Assembly: GCF_001194135.2 (NCBI RefSeq)
Contig: NC_068982.1
Span: 33,714,921-33,778,920, forward strand
From: Octopus bimaculoides
Taxonomy: Eukaryota
DNA length: 64,000 nucleotides
Direction: 5' to 3'
In this document: positions 40,571 to 53,270 of the stretch, piece by piece
Numbering within the stretch: the stretch's first letter is position 1
How the letters are laid out: every line of letters begins with the position of its first letter
The notes under the pieces: model-generated
What the model was told of the DNA's origin: nothing
The model's database searches: none
What the model saw: only the letters and a program-made list of their open reading frames with translations
Translations under genes and position numbers: made by a program

Positions 40571-40999
40571 ATAAAATACATGGTAGCAAAGAAAATTTTA
40601 GAAATTTTATTTTACCACCAGTGGTTTAGCGAGGGTAAAAAAACAGTCAATAGACTATGTATTATTCATTTAAAATACAGATATGCCTGTAATAGGACAT
40701 CTAACCCGCTAGAAATAGCAGCAAGACTACATACCACAAAAAGTAGGGATAATTTCGAAAGGGAATGAAAAATAAAAACATTTACCAATCTATATATATA
40801 TATACAGTTAATAATAAAAAAAGACAAGAAAAAAACGTGAGGACATGGTACATGCAAAGTATTAATAAGACGCTCACAGAAGGAAAGAAAGGGTGTTTTA
40901 TGTTTCAAGCAAAGCTCATCTTCAGAAACAGGACACAGAGGAAAGTCGAAGAGAAAAGGAAGATGGAGAAAGAAAAACATTGCCAACAGTTCACATGTG

Positions 41000-41048
<49 letters not shown>

Positions 41049-41451
41049 CACCAGAATGTTAATACAAATGATGAAATTTATGCTGGAAAAATATGTATGC
41101 CTTGCGAGTAAAATTTAGTAAATGTAAAATGTGTGAAAGCTCATGCTGTGTGTTTTTGGTCTACAAATATGAATCAGAGTTATTTTAGGATGCAAAGGAA
41201 AGCAATGCTCTAAAAAGGACATAACATATGGTAACTTGGCCAATCAACAAGCATAGATCAATAAAATAAGTACCAGACTAAGATCAGGGTTCAATGTAAT
41301 AGACAATAATCTTTGGATGTGCTGCCACATCATGGCATCAGTTCAATAAGTGAACCTAGTAAAAGAAAAAAAAATCATAGCAAGTAACCAAAAACAAATC
41401 TTTATACAAAGAAGGTTGTGTACAGTACTTCATGTGACAATTTAAGTTTAA

Positions 41452-41671
41452 CCCTTTATCATTCAGATTTCTCTGTCAGATGTAATGCTTATTTATTGAC
41501 ATTGTTTTGAATTAATCATACATTATCTTGTAGCTGCAAGATTTCAATGATGTGATGATTTACTTTTACAATGACATTGTAGGGTAGTTGTGAGAGGGTG
41601 GATCTGGCTAGTTTGAACATAAGACAGGTAGAATATTTTGGCCAGATATGGTTGGTTTAAATGCTAAAGGG
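41452..41671. mobile_element. piggyBac-type MITE, family P1
   Basis: TTAA|CCCTTTATCATT...AATGCTAAAGGG|TTAA. Confidence 0.9.
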
Positions 41672-41763
41672 TTAATACAATTCAAAATATTACAAATAAG
41701 CATAAATTTCCACAAAAGACCGTAGGTAACAACTGAATTGACTGACAATGCTACTAAAAGAAA

Positions 41764-41994
41764 GGCGGCGAGCTGGCAGAAACGTTAGCGCCCCGGGTGA
41801 AATGCCTCGCGGTATTTTGTCTGCCGTTACGTTCTGAGTTCAAATTCTGCCGAGGTCAACTTTGCCTTTCATCCTTTCGAGGTCGATAAATTAAGTACCA
41901 GTTATGCACTGGGGTCGATATAATCGACTTAATCCCTTTGTCTGTCCTTGTTTGTCCCCTCTGTGTGTAGCCCCTTGTGGGCAGTAAAGAAATA
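41764..41994 (+). mobile_element. SINE family B, full length with 17-bp TSD
   Basis: Head ggcggcgagctggcagaaacgttagc...gagttcaaattc. TSD AATGCTACTAAAAGAAA at 41747-41763 and 41995-42011. Older copies at about 2085-2285, 10960-11150, 22020-22225, 32720-32930, 47000-47170, 47850-47980 and 56620-56830. Confidence 0.95.
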
Positions 41995-43982
41995 AATGCT
42001 ACTAAAAGAAAAATGGCTCCTCCTCAGTAATTTTTTTTGTTTCATGAGCTCTACAACTCATAAAAGCTTAACCCAGTTTTCATAAATTCACATGAATCTT
42101 TTTTGTGTGTGAGATTTTGTTGGGAGGTTATGGGGTTAAGGAATAGGGGGATCAAAATCTTCATTCATATCTGATGTTATCTAGCTTGAGAAAATATCTA
42201 CAGAAAAGAGAAAGGTTAAAAGGGGGAAGCGAGAAATAGGAAGTATGAGACTGTTCCAGAAGTCTCAATAGCAAAATGCTTACAACTCAATGAAGATGTA
42301 AATAGTTTAAAATGAACAGGATGACTGATTAAACACAGTATTGAAACAGATGCATGTGGCAATGAATATGTGATGAACATGTATGTATGTGTATAGTGGT
42401 GAAGAAATGAATGAGAAGTATGCCTATATGTTTAAGAATGAGAAAGAAAAGATAGAGAAATGAGGCAGCAGGAGATAAAACCAGAGAACTGTAAAGAAGT
42501 GAGATGAATAGTTGATAATAAATGTCTCTTTTCAAACTGGTTTCCTTGTTCCACCCACTTCGTCAGGCATCAAGATCTCTCAAAAAAATCTCATATACAC
42601 TAAGTTTAAAGTTAATTGTTTAACCAGTTATCCCCTAACATGGTACAGAAGACTTCACAAAAAACAAAAAACAAAAAGAGGAGAGGAGTAATCATATTCC
42701 AAAGAAAACAAGTGAACAAGATTACTTTAGTGATGTCAAGCTCCACACTACTCATCCAAAGCAATGACAATTAGGTGCGTCTAGATTTATAGACTATCAT
42801 TAAATGTAGAATATCAAACAACATCCGGTTTAAATAGCACATAATTATTAAGGTAATAAAAATCAATATTGAACTCAAAGTAAAATATCCAATCAGTAGG
42901 ATGGGGTCTCTTGCATATCTACTGAGTTATAAATATACCAGACAGATAAATTTACAGGATTTCACTGGGTACAAGACTTATTATTGGAAAACAAGTACAT
43001 TCATATGGATTTAACATGATATATAACTGATAGCTATTTTACTTTAAAAATCAGCCAACAGGCACTGAACTCAGAATATTGCAGAATGATGCTCAACACC
43101 AAAAGCAAATAATCTGCTATCCTCTCATTTTGGTTAACTTCCTGTCTGACAAACTGTCCCAACATTGTAAAAGTAAAAAGAAATATTGAACTTCATATGA
43201 TTTTAATTGGGACTTTATTCCAAGACTATTTTAGTGTGATTAGTAAGCTCAAGCATTTTGAACTTCTACACTTATAAAATTGCTATCTACTGTGCTGAAA
43301 ATATAGCTCCATGACTCCCATTCAGTCCAGAGAATCATAAAACACACACACAATCAATGTAGGCGCACACACACTCACACACAGAGTGGCAATCGTTTGT
43401 CCTCAACATTGCACTGGAAATGTGCATCCTCAAAATTCAGAGCAGAGGAAATATAGTTGCTGTCTGACTGAATCTACCTCACCCACTCCTATCATAACCT
43501 CCATGATCAAAGTCTTCATTGATGTGAAGTACAACAGCATTACTTTTGATGAAACTTTCAAGAATGAGAGACCATTGGTGTGACATGGTGGGGAAAGTCT
43601 TTGGTACATCCAGCTTTACAGAAATCAAACCAGCTGTCTTTGAAAATGATAACAAATTCAGAGGAATGTCACTTAGCACAATGGATTCTTTGATATGAAA
43701 ACCACCCATTATAGTACAGCATGACCAATTACTATCCCTTTGAATGTCGTAGGAGAGAGAAATATCATCTAGTTCAGCAAGATAAGAGAAAAGAAAACTA
43801 CTAAGTACAATAAAATATGGAAGATACATACCACCTAACATATGTGTCACCAGCACTGGCCATGAGTACAATTTCACTTAATGTGAGGTGCCTTCTCAAG
43901 CGATTTGCCGTGCTTGAGAAGATGGGTCAAGCTAAATGAAATCATGTGGTCAGTGCTGGTAACATGTAAAAGGCACTCATGC

Positions 43983-44124
43983 CAGTGACACAGAAAAGGG
44001 TCCCTTGTCAGAGACACAGAAAAGGGTCCCGTATCGGTGACACAGAAAAGGGTCCTGTGTCAATGACACAGAAATGGGTCCCATGTCAGTGACACAGAAA
44101 AGAAGCCCGTGTCAGTGACACATA
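43983..44124. repeat. 26-bp tandem repeat (about 5.5 copies) inside an RTE-type 3'UTR
   Basis: Unit cagtgacacagaaaagggtccc(t/g/a)tgt, directly followed by the RTE-tail block gtggttggcattaggaagagcatcca. Confidence 0.9.
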
Positions 44125-44256
44125 AGAGACATCCAGTACACTCTGTACAGTGGTTGGCATTAGGAAGAGCATCCATCTGTAGAAACCAAGCCAAAACAGA
44201 TGACAAGAGTCTGGTGCAGCTCTCTGGCTTACCAGCTCCAGTCAAATTGTTTAACC

Positions 44257-44732
44257 CAGTGTTTCCCAAACTTTCTGCATCCAAATTGCAATATTGCTAA
44301 CCTATCGGCCAAAAAATGCTCCATTGCCCACCTGTCTAAAAAAAACCCTGACACAACCCCTCACCAACACTAAATCCCCTAGGAGAACCCCCTTCTATCA
44401 TTTGACACGCACACACTATATTGTAGACTCATTGCCCGGTTAGTGCCGTTTTGACTAAATATGCATAGTTTACAAATCCCTTATTGTGGGTTTAGTTTTG
44501 CCATTAATGTGAATAAAATTCTAATGTTAGTTCTATATTATGCAGCCAGATTAACTTCGGTAAACTTGCGTTTTCTTTTACACTGAGTTTTATTTTCCCC
44601 AAATGAACCATTGATCAGAACTACTGATGCAAAATTAATTAATGATTGTATTAGAAAGGAAAAGAAAACAACTTTTTAATGAGTACCATGTATTTGATGC
44701 AATGGTGATATCACCCACTTTGGGAAGCTATG
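44257..44732. mobile_element. hAT-type non-autonomous DNA transposon (476 bp) with 8-bp TSD
   Basis: TSD GTTTAACC at 44249-44256 and 44733-44740. Termini CAGTGTTTCCCAAACT / ACTTTGGGAAGCTATG. It splits an RTE-type tail. Confidence 0.88.
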
Positions 44733-45207
44733 GTTTAACCCATGCCAGCATGGAAACCAGACATTAAATGATAATGATGATGCTGATATGGTGGTGGTTA
44801 AACAAGGAAGTACAGATTTAGTTTAACATATCTAAGGAGAATGCATTCTAATGAATACAAGGTGGTGTTCACATTAAACAATATAAGGATATTATATTAA
44901 ATATGAGTGGAACAATAACAGAACATTGAAGAATACTGATACAGTATTCCAGTATTTAATACATTGAATAGTGAACTATGGTACACCATATTCAGCCTAA
45001 CATTATCTTTTACCTTTTGTTTCAGTCACTGGACTGCAGACATGCTGAAGTACTGCCTTGAATGGGTTTAGTTGAACATAGTGATACCTGTACTTATATA
45101 AGAAATACTAGATTTAAAAGATTTCTTTTGCTGAACCACTAAGTTACCAGAATGTAAACAAACCAACACTGGTTGTCAAGTAGTGGGGAGAGGAAACACC
45201 AATACAT

Positions 45208-45244
<37 letters not shown>

Positions 45245-45717
45245 GGGCCTCCACACAGTTTCCATCTACCACATTCAATCAAATCATTGGCCGGCCTGGG
45301 TTTTAAGTACAAGACACATATCCAAGGAGCTGTGCAGTGGGACTGAACACAAAACTACATGGTTGCAAATGAAGTACATTTGAATAACCTTTTACTGGTA
45401 AATGACAGCTTTAACTTCTCAAAATTCCTCAAAATTGAAGAAACATTTTATAAAAAATTCTTCCTTTTACACAGATATAAAAACAAAGCGGTTTTTATAT
45501 CACCATTTATAAAACATGTGACTAGTCCTAATTCTATTAGAGGAATTTTTCTTATACGTGGCTTAATCAAGCAAAATAAATATAAAGGGAGATAATTATT
45601 AAATCGTTATAAAGTTATCCAGCTCATTAGTTCATGCTTGGTGTTTCCAGCCACACATTTTGATCAGTTCAATTTCTGATTATTGTAGACTGTTTTATGT
45701 CAGAATATATCTATTAA

Positions 45718-45930
45718 TCCTTCAGCATTCATATCACTGTTAAATGTAATGCTTATTTATTTACAATGTTTTCAATTAATCATGCATTATCTCAGAACTT
45801 TGAGATTTTGATGATGTCACCGTTTATTTTTACAATGACATTGTAGGATAGAGAGGCTGGATCTGACCAGATTGAGCATAGAACAGATTGGATATTTGGG
45901 CTGAATATGACCAGTTTAAATGCAAAAGGG
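45718..45930. mobile_element. piggyBac-type MITE, family P1
   Basis: TTAA-flanked, with the same internal sequence as 18437-18656. Confidence 0.85.
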
Positions 45931-45974
45931 TTAAGTTAACTTTCAAGAGAGAAAACATAGAAATTCTTTTATTT

Positions 45975-46350
45975 TAATTTGTCTCAGTCATTTGGCTGTG
46001 GCCATGCTGGAGCCACCACCTTACAGAGATTTTTAATCAAAGTCAACCCCATGACTTATTCGTTGCAAGCCTAGTACTTATTCTATCAGTCGCTTTTGCC
46101 AAACTGCTAAGTTATGGGGATGTAAACACTCCAACATTGGTTGTCAAGCAATGGTGGTGGGGACAATCACAGACACACACACTTATATATTCGACTGGCT
46201 TCTTTCAATTTCCATCTACCAAATTCACTCAGAAGGCTTTGGTCAGCCCAAAGCTATAGTAGGAAACACTTCCCCAAGGTGTCACACAGAGAGACTGAAC
46301 CCAGAACCATATGCTTGAGAAGCAAGCTTGTTACCACACAGCTACACCTA
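45975..46350 (-). mobile_element. SINE family A (another copy at about 45010-45370)
   Basis: Reverse-complement match to family A. Confidence 0.85.
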
Positions 46351-46419
46351 TATTGAACAGTAACACACATAGAAACTACAAGATAATGCATAATTAATTC
46401 AAAACAATCATCACCATCA

Positions 46420-46790
46420 TTATAGTTTAACGTCCGCTTTCCATGCTAGCATGGGTTGGACGATTTGACTGAGGACTGGCAAGCCAGAAGGCTGCACCAG
46501 GCTCCAATCTGATCTGGCAGAGTTTCTACAGCTGGATGCCCTTCCTAACGCCAACTGCTCCGAGAGTGTAGTGGGTGCTTTTACGTGCCACTGGCACGAT
46601 GGCCAGTCACACGGTACTGGCAACGGCCACACTCAAAACGGTGTTTTTTACGTGCCTCCTGCACGAGAGCCAGTCCAGCGGCACTGACAATGATCTCGCG
46701 CAAATGATTTTCTAACGTGCCACCAGCACAAGTGCTAGAAGGCAACGCTGGTAACGATTATGCTCAAATGGTGCTATTTACAGGCCACTA
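46420..46790 (-). mobile_element. RTE LINE 3'UTR or RTE-tailed element
   Basis: Reverse complement of the 28832-29205 sequence. Other tail copies at about 1092, 9975, 29490, 30305, 34475, 51412, 51832, 53270, 60885 and 61978. Confidence 0.9.
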
Positions 46791-48558
46791 TGAATAAATA
46801 AGCATTACATTTCACAGATAATCTGAATATCAGAGGGTTAAGCAATTCCCCATGAGTGCATGTCTCACCTCTTCATTTCACCGATGTTTTCCATGGAAAA
46901 GACAAAGCCACTGCAGCCTGGCAACAGTGATGTTCCAGACGGTGCCTTCAGAAGGCAGGGAGAACTGATACAGATATCCCAAGGCATCTCATCTGGCTCC
47001 TTAATTCTGTCAATCCATTAATCAAGACCGGTATTATTTTTATTTATTTTTATTGTATTAAACCCAAAGACATGAAAGGTGAACTTGACCTCAGCAGAGA
47101 AATTTAACTCCAGGGGACAGAGAGTTGGAACAAATACTGCAAAGCATTCTATCTGACCCCTAACAATGCTGGGTTTTTTTTCCACCTTAATAATATATGT
47201 ATTCAGGAATAGAGTACTTGTTTCAATTATAGGTCAAATCAATCAAAATAGGTCAATCAAAACATAAAAGATGAAGTAAATGGGCTGAAAAATTCCCCTG
47301 AGAAGTTTAAACAGATTTCAAACGATAATTGATTTTTTATGGCTTGTTTTGTGTTTAGAAGATAGTTACTTATTTTATTTTTTATAACAAATCAATTAAA
47401 AATAAGCAGTAATATTGATATGAATAGCTTTACATTAAAATACAAGTAAATAAAAACTGCTGTGATTCAAAAACATAAAAGAGTAATGTCTTGGTAAATT
47501 ACTAACTGCCATTAGGGAGGGGTCAGTAATCTGTTGGGGTTTCTTTCATCATTATATAAATAAACTACATTAAAGGTACTGTCTTTTGATCTCTTTCATA
47601 AAGAGAGACTGAACCTCAGGCCACCAAAGTAGCCTCTATGTGCTTGCTAAAAATAGAAGCTAAATTTCACATGTTACTATCTTAAAAAGGATGATATCTA
47701 AGATGTGGTTGGATAATGTAGTATTGGATACACAATGCCCTTAAAAAATTGAAAAGGCAAACGAATGGGATGGACATGGCTGGAACAGTTTCGATCATAG
47801 GTTTACCCAATTAGGTTTGACCTTTATAAAACATTAACAAGTAGTTGTCAATTGGCAGAGTCATTAGAACATCAGACAAAATACCTTGTGATATTTATTC
47901 TAAGTTCTGGATTCAAATTTTACCCGAGATCAACTTTGTCTTTCATCCTTCCAGAGTCAAAAAACAAAATACCAGCCTAGAGTAGTCAACTGATGGAAAT
48001 GTTAGTGCATCAGACAGCATACCCTGCAGTATATGTTCTAGATCCTTATATTCTGAGTTCAAATCCCATCAAAGGTTACTTGGGTAATGGACTAAACCCA
48101 TTGCCCTGTTAAACACTTCTGAGTCTCACACCATGAGTGCCTTAGTAAAGTTAGCAGAGTCTACTCTGTTGCAAGCATTAGTCCAGGTTCCCAATTTGAG
48201 GATATCTTCCTCTCCTTCCCATCCCCTAGTCTCAAAGGCTCTGTGATGGGTCATAGACACTGTCTTCTCTCCCCACTAAAAGATGAACAGAAAAAGAAAA
48301 AACATCAAGTCACTTGCCAGACAAGTACAACTCCAAAAACAACATTCACTGCTATGATAAAGGAGAGAATATAGTTAAATAGTAGGTTGGTAAAGGAGAG
48401 GCACATCAGAAAGGGATTTCTGCCAACAATCTCCTCGTTTGGTGACAGAAACAAAGCTACTTATAAATATATCAGTAATACACTAGGCTTTTGAATGAAA
48501 GTTCATTTTAGTATTTAGTAATGTATCAAAATGCAGTGTTAGCATGTCATTATAGCAA

Positions 48559-48778
48559 GCCTTTAGATTTGACCATTTAGTATATCCAGCCAAATATTCT
48601 GCCTGTTTTATATGAAAAGTAGCCAGATCCAGCCTCCCATGCTCACCCAACAATGTCATTCTAGAAATAAGCAATCACAATAATGAAATCACAAAGCTAT
48701 GAGATGATGCATGATTAATTCAAAACAAAGTGAATAAATAAGCATTACAATTGACAGAGTAATCTAAATATTAAAGGG
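48559..48778. mobile_element. piggyBac-type MITE, family P1 (opposite orientation)
   Basis: Ends TAAAGGG|TTAA. Internal sequence matches 12217-12437. Confidence 0.8.
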
Positions 48779-49886
48779 TTAATAAGTGTTCCAGTTGTTT
48801 AATTTAATATTATATTTCTTTTTTACCTTCCAGTTATATCTAGTAAAACTAGTGTGGGTTGGAAACAGGACTATAAATATGAAACATTGAACAAATATTA
48901 TCTATATCTTGTCAAACAACAAGCTTGAAATAGCAGCCAAATCTCTTTTGAATTACCCCATACTAATTTTAAAAAGGAAGAACACATTGGGTGATATAGT
49001 TCTAGATAACTCTAAAAAAGATGGTATGATCACAACAACAGTACCTTTGATAATAGGCCTTCTCAATCAAAGTTAACCTGGGGCTAAACAACAAATTTAG
49101 TCCTAAAATAGTTTTAACAAGACAAACAAGTGAATGTCTAACATAGGTTTTTTGTTTATACAGCAGCTAGGTCTCCCTTTAAGCAAATCGCTCTTGATTC
49201 AAAGTTGGGACTATATGTTTAAATAATCCCTGGAACAACATTCCAACACAGCTGAAGAAGCCAACAATAGGATGTATTACAAAGAAAACACATAACAGAT
49301 TTAAGGGGCATGGTAATTTGTGAGTGGTAGAATAACAATCTAAGCTATTTGATTAAAGAGGTTTTCAGTAAGAAACCACTTTGAGTTGAAATTCTACAAA
49401 ACTGACTCAAGTCCCCATACTTTCACTATAAGCATACAGAACTAATCGCAAAAATAAACCTTAGCATGCTTAAGCTTCTGATTTTTGTGAGTGGCTGCTA
49501 TAAATAAAAAAAAAGTTAAGTAAAGCTTTCTAACAAGACTAAAGTAACTTTGATTTAACCTAAAAGAATAGGTCTTTTACTATTTCTGCTTCCTTCACAT
49601 TATGTAAAGCATATATTTACTGTTTTCTGACTTTAGACAGTATGATTGTGAGCCAATTGGTTAGATTTACTGGTAGAATCATTATCATCATCACCTTCAT
49701 CATTTAACATCAAATTTTCCATAAAGTGTATAAGCCAAAGACACCAAGAAACTATGCTCCTTATGGAATAATGTGGACTGTATACAGTACATCTTTCCGT
49801 CTTATAAAACTATGTTAAAATCTGATTATACAACATTCATCTTTACGTATGTCTAATTTTAAATATGCACATACTATTTACACTCA

Positions 49887-49888
<2 letters not shown>

Positions 49889-49970
<82 letters not shown>
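49889..49970. repeat. (CA)n microsatellite, about 40 units
   Basis: Seen directly. Other large tracts: 680-870 (TA/CA), 50485-50625 (TG/TC/TA), 50980-51210, 57866-57970. Confidence 0.97.
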
Positions 49971-49973
<3 letters not shown>

Positions 49974-49984
49974 CCTTAAGCTAG

Positions 49985-50190
49985 GATTGATTAAAGGCAG
50001 GCTTGGTGAGATAGTAGAAATGCTAGAAGGATGTTGAGAGTAACTGATGCTTGATGTATACAAGAGATGAAATGAAGGGAAGTTTCAATTAGGTTCCTCA
50101 CAGACAGGTTACACAAGTATAAATTCTCCAATGTGGATAACAGAGTTGAAGTAACAGAACTGGCATATTAATGGTAGAAAACCTTTAATT
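49985..50190 (+). pseudogene. RTE LINE endonuclease N-terminal remnant
   Basis: LIKGRLGEIVEMLE...CIQEMK*REVSIRFLT..HKYKF, homologous to 52480-52700. Confidence 0.8.
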
Positions 50191-50483
50191 TCAACAGTGT
50201 TTTAATATGTCTAGCAATTACGTCACTGAGTCAGACATGTTGCCTGTCTAATGTTATTTTAATACATTTAAACAAGAGTCAAAATGTTATGAGTAAGGTA
50301 CATAACTCTTCTGGTTGCCTCACTAACGGAAACAGGTTCCATTCCTAATTCACAGCTGAATGACCTACTGTAGAAACAATTGTTTAAACAAAAGCTCTTC
50401 TACTATTCCACTCTTGTTAGTTTTAGAAATGAATGTAAAGCAGGAAAAAAAAATCATTACATGCAAATTCTTCTATGTATCCA

Positions 50484-50524
<41 letters not shown>

Positions 50525-50554
50525 TCTCTCTCTCTCTCTCTCTCTGTATGTGTA

Positions 50555-50626
<72 letters not shown>

Positions 50627-51118
50627 CACATATATACATATACATACAACGGTTTACCCATGGTAGTCAACTATCACAGGGGAGACAATCTCTTCTAGAT
50701 TAACTTAGTTCAGGTGGATTTGAAAGTGGATAATTTACAGTAAGTAAAGGTGTACAGCATGTACACATTTAATTTATTTTTTTCCCCCTACACATATGAA
50801 AGATCTTAAAGTTTCTTGTCATTGGTAGCCATATATAGTGCTATATCAACCCTCTCTGGAATCATCAGCTCAGCATAACTTGAGGCAAATAAATTATGCT
50901 AAATTCAACATTTCACAAAGTTACACATTTCTTACAGAGAGAAAATAGTTTACCATATGTGTAAATAAATAAGTATATATATATAAACACACACATATAT
51001 ATATATGCACATATATACACATACATACATGCACATACATACATGCACATACATATACATACATACATGCACATACATATACATACATACATGCACATAC
51101 ATATACATACATACATGC

Positions 51119-51212
<94 letters not shown>

Positions 51213-51229
51213 GAATGCATACATATATA

Positions 51230-51412
51230 CATTACAAGTTCAGGTTTATACCTGGAATTATTGGAACCCTTGGATATGTAGCACACTGCCTGAATACCAA
51301 TCTTGAGAAATTAGGCTTCTCAAAACCAGAAAAGAGAAAGCTAATTCAAAAGACTACAGATCCAATCCCTTACTGGAACTGTAAAAATCTGTTAAACTTT
51401 CCAGAAGTTTCA
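51230..51412 (+). pseudogene. C-terminal remnant of an RLE-type non-LTR retrotransposon (R4/Dong-like)
   Basis: [37 protein letters not shown] then, after a frameshift, RLQIQSLTGTVKIC. Resembles the P(I/V)IIGALG.V...L...L..LG...LQ...GT end of RLE elements. Confidence 0.55.
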
Positions 51413-51982
51413 TCATCATTGTTTAACGTCCGTTTTCCATGCCAGCATGGGTTGGACGGTTCAACTGGGGTCTGGGAAACCAGCAACTATATGCATGAGA
51501 ATGCATACATAAAACAAAATATACAAATCTGCACATATACATACATACATGCGTGCATACATACATGTCCAGTATTGGTGGTGGGGAGCAGGAGAGGGTG
51601 GGGGTAACCATGAACAAGAGAAAGTCATTTTAGGGAGTAGAGCAAACAAGAAAGTACTATTTTAGAGAAAAATACGAAATATGTATATACATGTAGCCAA
51701 GAAACAAAGTTAATAATGTTGCGAGTTATATACAGAGTGGACCAAAAATCACAAAAAGGTATGAAATGATAAGTTTTAATGATCTTTTTAGATGTGATTT
51801 TTCCCACCTAACTTACATTTATTTTCTATATATCATCATCATCATCATCATTTAACGTCCACTTTCCATGCTAGCATGGGTTGGATGATTTGACTGGGGA
51901 CTGACGAACCAGATGGCTACATCAGACTCCAATCTGATCTGGCAGAGTTTCTACATATATATATAGATAGATTAGAGTTTCT

Positions 51983-52015
<33 letters not shown>

Positions 52016-52101
52016 TCGATAGATAGATAGATAGATACATATCATCAACAGTTCATATATCCGAAAAAGGAGCACACTCTAAAACATTAGCATAGTATAT
52101 T

Positions 52102-52196
52102 TATAGAAGGCTGATTATTATGACGGGTCAGCGAGTGACCATTGGTGTGAAACCAATGGTCACTCACTGACCAGCCACAACAATCAACCTTCTATA
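52102..52196. other. 95-nt foldback hairpin (45-bp arms, 5-nt loop): MITE or hairpin-RNA precursor
   Basis: Arms 52102-52146 and 52152-52196 are 39/45 exact inverted complements. Flanked by TA-rich sequence. Confidence 0.9.
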
Positions 52197-52454
52197 TATA
52201 TACACAGAGAGAGGGAGAGAGAGAGAAACTGTTTTTCTTAATAATTATAGTTCATTATTACCATAGCATAATTATACAATATGAACACACAGACACACAC
52301 AGAGTTTCAGAGTGGAAACATCTGGCTATGGATGTGAAACTCTCTACTGTCATCAAACAATTGCAACAACTCTCTTCCTTTCAGAATGCAGAAAATAGAC
52401 ATCAAACAAATCAAATACCATCAAAATCTCTCTTCTCTCTGTCAGCTGCAAAAC

Positions 52455-53270
52455 TTCAGAGCTGCCACAATCAAGACTAAGCATGATGAAAGGTAAGTCT
52501 GGGGAGATTGTAGAAATACTAGGGGGATGTTGGGGGCAGTTGATGCTTGCTGTGTAGGAGAGAACAGGTGGGGCGAGGGCACCCTCAGCCAGACTCCTCA
52601 CAAGTAAGGTACATAAGTACAAATTCTTCAGTGTGGATAACAGTGTTGGAGTTGGAAGAGTTGGCATATTAATGGAAGAAAAATGAATAAAATAATTAGG
52701 GTTGTCAGAATATGTGACAGAATAATTAAGTTTAGTCTTGTCACAGACAACACAAAAAAAACAACAACAACGATTTTTGCATATGCACCAAATCAGGGGT
52801 GGGATCAGCAAAGAGACTGTTTCTAGAAGGCCTTCTTTCAGACTACCTAAATAACAGAAAACACTGACTTAGTTTTTATCACAGCTGGTAACTGTAACGA
52901 ATGCGTCGGGCAACACCATGATAGCTACTCTAACACACACAGGGGCAATGGGTATGGTACAAGGAGTAGAGAAGGACTAAGGCTTTTAGAGTTCTGTAAT
53001 GCAAATGAACTATTTGCAATACTATCATTTAATGACCATTCAAATGAACATGCAACTCAAAGATTTTGTAATAGAAGTATAAAATCCAAGTCAGAATTCA
53101 GACACATTGTCCCTAGTAAAGTGTGTACTTCTCAATATATAGTAGTGGTTAAAGACATCAACCAGAATGGGAACCAGAGGGACCCAAAGACAAAAGGGAA
53201 TCTTTACATGAAAAAGTATAAAAGTTGAACATTGCCACAGCCAGACACAGTTTCAAAGAAATATATAGAG
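52455..53270 (+). pseudogene. RTE LINE endonuclease domain remnant
   Basis: MKGKSGEIVEIL, VDACCVGENRW, HKYKFFSVDNSVGVGRVGILMEEK, IFAYAPNQG, GYGTRSREGLRLLEFCNANEL. Stops and frameshifts throughout. Confidence 0.88.

Noticed and set aside
41764-41860. tRNA-like A/B boxes in SINE heads (also at 7320-7394, 24474 and 57706)
   Set aside because: They continue directly into SINE bodies and do not fold as complete cloverleaves; not tRNA genes.
43386-43877. Overlapping ORFs of 65 aa (+) and 132 aa (-)
   Set aside because: No credible product. The + strand has only faint, ambiguous similarity to a decayed LINE (RTE endonuclease or RLE region).
43983-44124. Regularly spaced repeats superficially like a CRISPR array
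   Set aside because: Contiguous tandem units with no unique spacers, eukaryotic context and no cas genes.
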